Source: Basidiobolus ranarum (taxonomy: Eukaryota). Taken from it: a stretch of DNA of 58,853 bases. The notes beneath the pieces were generated by a model. The model was not told the DNA's origin and did not search any database. It saw nothing but the letters and a program-made list of their open reading frames with translations. Numbering within the stretch: position 1 is the first letter of the stretch; each line of letters opens with the position of its first letter. The position numbers were made by a program, and so were the translations under genes. The stretch lies in NCBI GenBank assembly GCA_040143965.1, contig JASJQH010006884.1, positions 1 through 58,853 on the forward strand. Direction: 5' to 3'. Below are positions 53,853 to 58,853 of the stretch, piece after piece.

Positions 53853-56501
53853 TTACCAAAAATTGTGCTCCCGAAGCCACTTTTCAGCAATTTTGGAATT
53901 GTGTTGGAGCCATTGAATATTTAGTAAAACAGGCTTCCGGATGTTATTCCAACTGTCGATGTATTGTGCAGGCTTACTGGCAAAAAAAAGATCCCACCTG
54001 TCAAGATCGGCTTGTGAATCGACAAACTGATACATATTAGATATGTAATAATTCAAAACTTGAGAACCTTGTGGCTGAGATTCCACAGCGTGAAAATCCT
54101 GGAGAATACGCTTGGTCAGACGGTCTCGTGTTGGCGGGTTGATCGAAATTGTCTCCATCACACCGACCAAGTCGCTGGCAGAAATAGTTCCATTGAGTAT
54201 CATGTCAAGAAATTGGTCGGATGCTACCTGCTCTTGCACCGCTGCGCTAGCTATTGCCAATAGACTGCGCATTTCAGAGTCTCGGGCGGCTAGATAGAGC
54301 TTCATGACTTGATCAAACGTTTCCTTCCCGGAATCCATGACGTGCATCCAAAGTGAGAATGCTAATAGGTTCATATTAAGTGCAGTGGTATCACCGGCAA
54401 GATAACGTTGTGCGCGTAATTGTGAATCACGTTTGACCTCTGGTGAACGACTACTGATTGCACCAATGAGTCTGACGGTGCGTAGCGCTATTTGGTCTGC
54501 TGTCTCATTGGATGGAAAATCCCAGTTTGACGAGGAGTAATAATGGCCAAATATTCTCCATATGAGGTGACGAATCGCTTCTGTGTTTTCTACCCCTGGT
54601 GTCATACGACGCCCGAAACGCAGTAGAAGCCAGTTTAGTCGATACATCACCAAGGGATCAGTTTCATTGGTTAACGCAAGTGAGTACTCAAACAATTGAT
54701 CAGCTGTGTACTCGCCACTCTCTGAAAGGGCTAAATAATCATATGCAAGTGCAACCCGGTCGTCAGATGAGATATCGGCCTCACCATGTTTTATCGCACG
54801 AGCTATTGCATTGACATTATCTTGAGGATACCAAATCAGGAATGGACTCCCGGCGTCTTTGTTAAGTAGGTAATAGGGCTTGGTAGCCATTTGAAGATTT
54901 TGGGAACTGGTGTTGAAGATGGTTGGAGCAGTGGCATTATTACCAGTAGTGATAGGAATTTGCCATATCGTCCTGTCCTTACTGCTGGCCGCTTCACTAT
55001 TTAATGCATAGTAACGATGCTGGTTGAGAATCAACTTGTTATTATCGGCTTTTACGGTGACTATTGGAGACCCCGGATGATTAAGCCATGCATCAACGAG
55101 TTGACCAACATCATGACCAGTGATTTGACTAATAATATACACTAGATCAGCTGTACGCACATTGCGAAGCTTATATCTTGAAAGGAGCTGATGAAGCGCA
55201 GTACGAATGGCGTCAGAGCCTAGTGTATGCACAAGCATTTGAACCACAGAAGAACTCTTATCATTCACAATGCCACTGAACGCTGTGTCACTTCTGACTG
55301 GCTGTGTATCGTTGAAGCGATCAGCCTCAATGCTACCTTGCCAGCGACCAGGTGCGCCTCCCATGCCAGCGACGAACCATGAGTTCATCTGTGACTTCCA
55401 TTCGGGCATCACGGTTGCCATGGCTCTTGTTTCGTACCAATTAGCAAACCCATTACTAAGCCATAGGTCTTTCCATTGCGCTGGTGTAACTAGGCCTCCT
55501 AACCACTGATGTGCCATTACACGTGCTACGTTAAGTGCAGCACTTTGGACGTCAAACAGGGCCCATGTCTTCAAATTGAAAAGCAGCGTGATTTCATTAT
55601 AGATTACTAAGCCCCAGCCAAGAGAAGTAGAAGCAACATTTGGTAGAGCAATCTGATCATACTTCTCTAATGGGAATGGCAACTGAAACATTTGTTCATA
55701 GTATCCTATGAGTCGATCAGTAATATCAAGTGCTAACTGACCGTCATATACACTGTCAGCCACCGAATAGAGGCGTAAGCGAACAGGCTTATTGGTTTGT
55801 TTACTGTTCTGCTCAAGATATCGGAATTTACCCATTGCGAATGTCAACAAATAAGTCGACATTGGTGGAGTGAGCGTAAATTGGATTTGTTTGAGATCAG
55901 AATCCGGAACATCGTTTTCACTCAACACTTGCGTGTTAGTAATAGCCATTAGTTTACGTGATATAATGACAGTATTGTTGAATGTTGCCTTGTATTCAGG
56001 ACTATCCCAGCCTGGAACTATCCACCGGAACCCCTCACGCCCCGATTGCGACACAGCTGCTCGATGGATCGTGCCATTCGTATCCATATACTCAACCCTT
56101 TTGAGGCCTCCACCTTGACTCAATATTGGCGAAGTAAAGTTAATTCCAAGCACAACATCCTTGGCCGATATGACTTTGTTAAAGGTTGCGGTCGCAGTTC
56201 CTGCCTCATCGTTGATCTGGAGTGAAGTAGCATGATTCTCTTCGGAGTCGGCCATGGATATAAAGGCGTTATGAAGAGTGATGTTTTTTGCATCAAACGT
56301 TAATTTATTGCTCTTTTCGTGTACTCGAAGGTTGATCTTGACAAATCCTGGGCATTCCCAGCTATCGAGATTAGGCTGGAGAACAACCTCATAGTGAGTT
56401 GGCGTTACAGCAACTAGCAGCACTCCTGGAAGCGAGCCGATAGCAATCACAAAAAGTAGCATATGTAGGAACGAGTAACTCATGGCGTATGAATGAGACA
56501 T
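53853..56501 (-). CDS. Secreted M1 aminopeptidase-fold protein, predicted catalytically inactive; intronless
   Basis: TPPMSTYL, FPLEKYDQIALP, AHQWLGGLVT...LWL; ERAP-like C-terminal region; hydrophobic N-terminus; HEXXH reads RVMAH. Confidence 0.9.
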   Translation of the reverse strand: MSHSYAMSYSFLHMLLFVIAIGSLPGVLLVAVTPTHYEVVLQPNLDSWECPGFVKINLRVHEKSNKLTFDAKNITLHNAFISMADSEENHATSLQINDEAGTATATFNKVISAKDVVLGINFTSPILSQGGGLKRVEYMDTNGTIHRAAVSQSGREGFRWIVPGWDSPEYKATFNNTVIISRKLMAITNTQVLSENDVPDSDLKQIQFTLTPPMSTYLLTFAMGKFRYLEQNSKQTNKPVRLRLYSVADSVYDGQLALDITDRLIGYYEQMFQLPFPLEKYDQIALPNVASTSLGWGLVIYNEITLLFNLKTWALFDVQSAALNVARVMAHQWLGGLVTPAQWKDLWLSNGFANWYETRAMATVMPEWKSQMNSWFVAGMGGAPGRWQGSIEADRFNDTQPVRSDTAFSGIVNDKSSSVVQMLVHTLGSDAIRTALHQLLSRYKLRNVRTADLVYIISQITGHDVGQLVDAWLNHPGSPIVTVKADNNKLILNQHRYYALNSEAASSKDRTIWQIPITTGNNATAPTIFNTSSQNLQMATKPYYLLNKDAGSPFLIWYPQDNVNAIARAIKHGEADISSDDRVALAYDYLALSESGEYTADQLFEYSLALTNETDPLVMYRLNWLLLRFGRRMTPGVENTEAIRHLIWRIFGHYYSSSNWDFPSNETADQIALRTVRLIGAISSRSPEVKRDSQLRAQRYLAGDTTALNMNLLAFSLWMHVMDSGKETFDQVMKLYLAARDSEMRSLLAIASAAVQEQVASDQFLDMILNGTISASDLVGVMETISINPPTRDRLTKRILQDFHAVESQPQGSQVLNYYISNMYQFVDSQADLDRWDLFFASKPAQYIDSWNNIRKPVLLNIQWLQHNSKIAEKWLREHNFW

Positions 56502-57051
56502 AGATGAGTTGCATATTTATACTTATGATATGCCAATGAATCGAACTGCAATGGAGCCAGTAAAGAATATTGGAAAAACCAATTGCTTGGCGTGCTGACA
56601 AATAACCAACAGTTTTTCCTTCGTTTTTCCGTGCTTAGGCTAGTCTAGCACACTGAATATCGAAAACAATTCTTGACAACAACTTCTAAGGTATGCCCCA
56701 CTATGCGCATTAGAATTACCAATTACCTAAATTCTACTATTGTTAGTTGTACACTTGATAATAACGCTCTCTGATTAGTTTGTTAACTTCAATAATGATG
56801 AATATAGCTTCAACAAGCAAGGCTTGCAACACAAGTCCCTATATTCTAATTGAGAATTTCTCTATATCTCTTTAATTAGGATGGCTTGCTACACCCCCTT
56901 ATCTATTATTTTCTATTACACAAACTCCAGATTATCTCAAACCATTGATTTACATCTCTGCCCTCTTAGTCAGGTGCCTCGTATTTCTACTCGTTTATTC
57001 CGCAACGACATACGAAATCAATTGTACGAAAGTGTTGCAGTTTGAATTGTC

Positions 57052-57115
57052 ACATCTAGGATTGTGGATAGACAGGTACATCTAGGATTGAGGATAGACA
57101 GGCACATCTAGGATT
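57052..57115. repeat. 26-bp tandem repeat, ~2.5 copies
   Basis: ACATCTAGGATTG(T/A)GGATAGACAGG(T/C). Confidence 0.85.
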
Positions 57116-57326
57116 CAGTTTATGCTTAGAATATAGTTGTGAGTAAAAATTCACTATTCATGGTTCATTTGTTTCACTACCTCCACACACATTTTGTGCG
57201 AAGAGTAGAACATCTTTAGTAAATATCTCCTCTAATAGAACCTGTAGGCACATAAGCTCACTGCTAATGCTCAAGTGATATGTGATAATATAGATGATTT
57301 TTGGCTTTATAGTTTACTAAAGTGCG

Positions 57327-57386
57327 AATAGCTATACCTAAACAAATAGCTATACCTAAACAAATAGCTATACCTAAACAAATAGC
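57327..57386. repeat. 18-bp perfect tandem repeat, 3.3 copies
   Basis: AATAGCTATACCTAAACA. Confidence 0.9.
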
Positions 57387-57495
57387 CTAGTCATAGAACA
57401 CAAACACAATATTTAAATAAATATACCTACTTCCAATTACAATCAAAATCCATCCACAATCTGTATAATCCGGACAAACAAACATATATGGATGA

Positions 57496-57570
57496 TTGCT
57501 TAATCAGATTAATTGATTTAATTTGCTTAATCAGATTAATTGATTTAATTTGTTTAATCTGATCAATTGA
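57496..57570. repeat. 27-bp tandem repeat with palindromic core TTAATC-A-GATTAA, ~2.8 copies
   Basis: TTGCTTAATCAGATTAATTGATTTAAT. Confidence 0.85.
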
Positions 57571-58522
57571 CTTGCAGCGACACTTTTCCTTGAAGGGTAG
57601 CGTGGAGTAATTAAGCACATGCATTGAGCGCGCTAGTCAAGTCCTTCACAACGAATTGGAATATATATCATCCACTTCACATCCTGAAATTATTCCGACT
57701 GTGGCGTGTTTATCTACTGGTGATTGGTATTAATTAACTGCTAGTTGAACTCGCCATTTTACTTTTGTTGCTTGTACTTTGTCCCGAATCCACTTGATTA
57801 TATAGGAGTACTTAGAGACAGAAATCTGATTAAGCATGTCAGTCACTGTCAAATTCAAATTAGTTTGACCTGAAGAATTTATTTCAGCACACTGAGTCGA
57901 AGGCAATCCTACAATTTTATCTATGAGAGGTTAGGTTGTACATGTAATATGCTATTAGCTGAGAATTGTTAAATCATACTGCATACTATGAGTCAGGCTT
58001 AATCCGATTTTTTCTCGAAGTTTTGTCGTATATTCATGTTTGAAATTCACTTGTGGCGTTAGCTCTATATAGTTCGGAGCTTTCAAACCACACCTGATGG
58101 GGAAAGCTACTTAGTTGGCCTAAGCCCGCACAAGGCCCCTTGATTAAAATGGGTCTGCAAGTTTAAGACTCCTATAGATTTGGTAAGAAGTCGACGATTG
58201 AAACGATGCAAACTTCACAATAATCTATTATTTATCAGACAGATATGTATACTTCTAAATAGAGAGTAGAAATATAGGGTAAAACAGTGAATGTGGGGTG
58301 GGAGAATGTTAATTCTAAACATTTGTACCTTGACCCCATGCATACGCATCTCAGATATAGGAGTAATAATAATTCTGTCAGTAAGGGGTAAAAAATGTGA
58401 TAGATCATAGATATACAAGAATATAAATAGTGACCATCAGTTCATCCAAAACATTATCCACAGGTTTTCTTTAGATTTTATAGAACCCACTTGATACTTT
58501 CTACAACACTACAACTCCTAAA

Positions 58523-58853
58523 ATGAAATTTTCCGCTCCTAAGTTACTATGCCTTCTTTCTGGAATTGCCGCCATTAATGCAGCTGCACTAAACCCAAGA
58601 TTACAAGCAAGAGGGAATGGAGCATACGACGTTAAGGATCTTTTTAACGGTGGTGCTGGAAATGGAGGAGATAATGATAATGGCGGTAATGGAGCTGGTG
58701 CCTACGACTCTGGCAACGGTGAAAACGGTCCTGGCAATGGCAACGGCGGTAATGGAGCAGGTGCCTATGACTCTGGCAATGGTGGAAACGGCGGTGGTAA
58801 TGGCGGTGCTGGCAATGGTGGAAACGGTGGTGGTAATGGCGGTGCTGGCAATG
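58523..58853 (+). CDS. Secreted Gly/Asn-rich repeat protein (partial, runs off the window)
   Basis: MKFSAPKLLCLLSGIAAINA-AALNPRLQAR then GNGAYD...GGNGAGAYDSGNG repeats; TATAAA at ~58422; absent from the ORF track because no stop falls in the window. Confidence 0.85.
   Translation, partial: MKFSAPKLLCLLSGIAAINAAALNPRLQARGNGAYDVKDLFNGGAGNGGDNDNGGNGAGAYDSGNGENGPGNGNGGNGAGAYDSGNGGNGGGNGGAGNGGNGGGNGGAGN

Noticed and set aside
57052-57570. CRISPR-like arrays
   Set aside because: Head-to-tail tandem repeats without unique spacers, eukaryotic context and no cas genes

Overview
Eukaryotic, AT-rich, gene-dense fungal DNA with many short (mostly 60-140 nt) introns. Gene content and intron style suggest an early-diverging fungus (Zoopagomycota/Mucoromycota-like; inference only). 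The left ~45 kb is mostly intron-containing housekeeping genes: RPL27, eIF4A-III, PSD1, GIS2/CNBP, OST2/DAD1, ATP15, a small HSP, a Pcl cyclin, a myosin-chitin synthase, GSH1, ADE2, an M17 aminopeptidase, PAN6, GLC3, an arrestin, PRP3 and VPS4, with several orphan genes between them. The right ~13 kb switches to intronless accessory genes and local duplications: a self-sufficient P450-reductase fusion, an arrestin, a secreted M1 peptidase homologue and a Gly/Asn-rich secreted protein. Most notable: (1) an obligatory AT-AC intron in RPL27 with a non-consensus 5' end (ATACCAAT) that is mirrored by a GTACCAAT intron in VPS4; (2) a BM3-type P450 with an extra N-terminal KHA/ubiquitin-like module; (3) an intact secreted M1 aminopeptidase homologue that has lost almost all catalytic residues; (4) a degenerate bacterial-type (COG1926-like) phosphoribosyltransferase with introns; (5) two intergenic ~300-nt regions with strand-biased nested stems that look like unannotated structured RNAs. 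Gene models were spliced by eye, and family calls come from recognised motifs, not from database searches.
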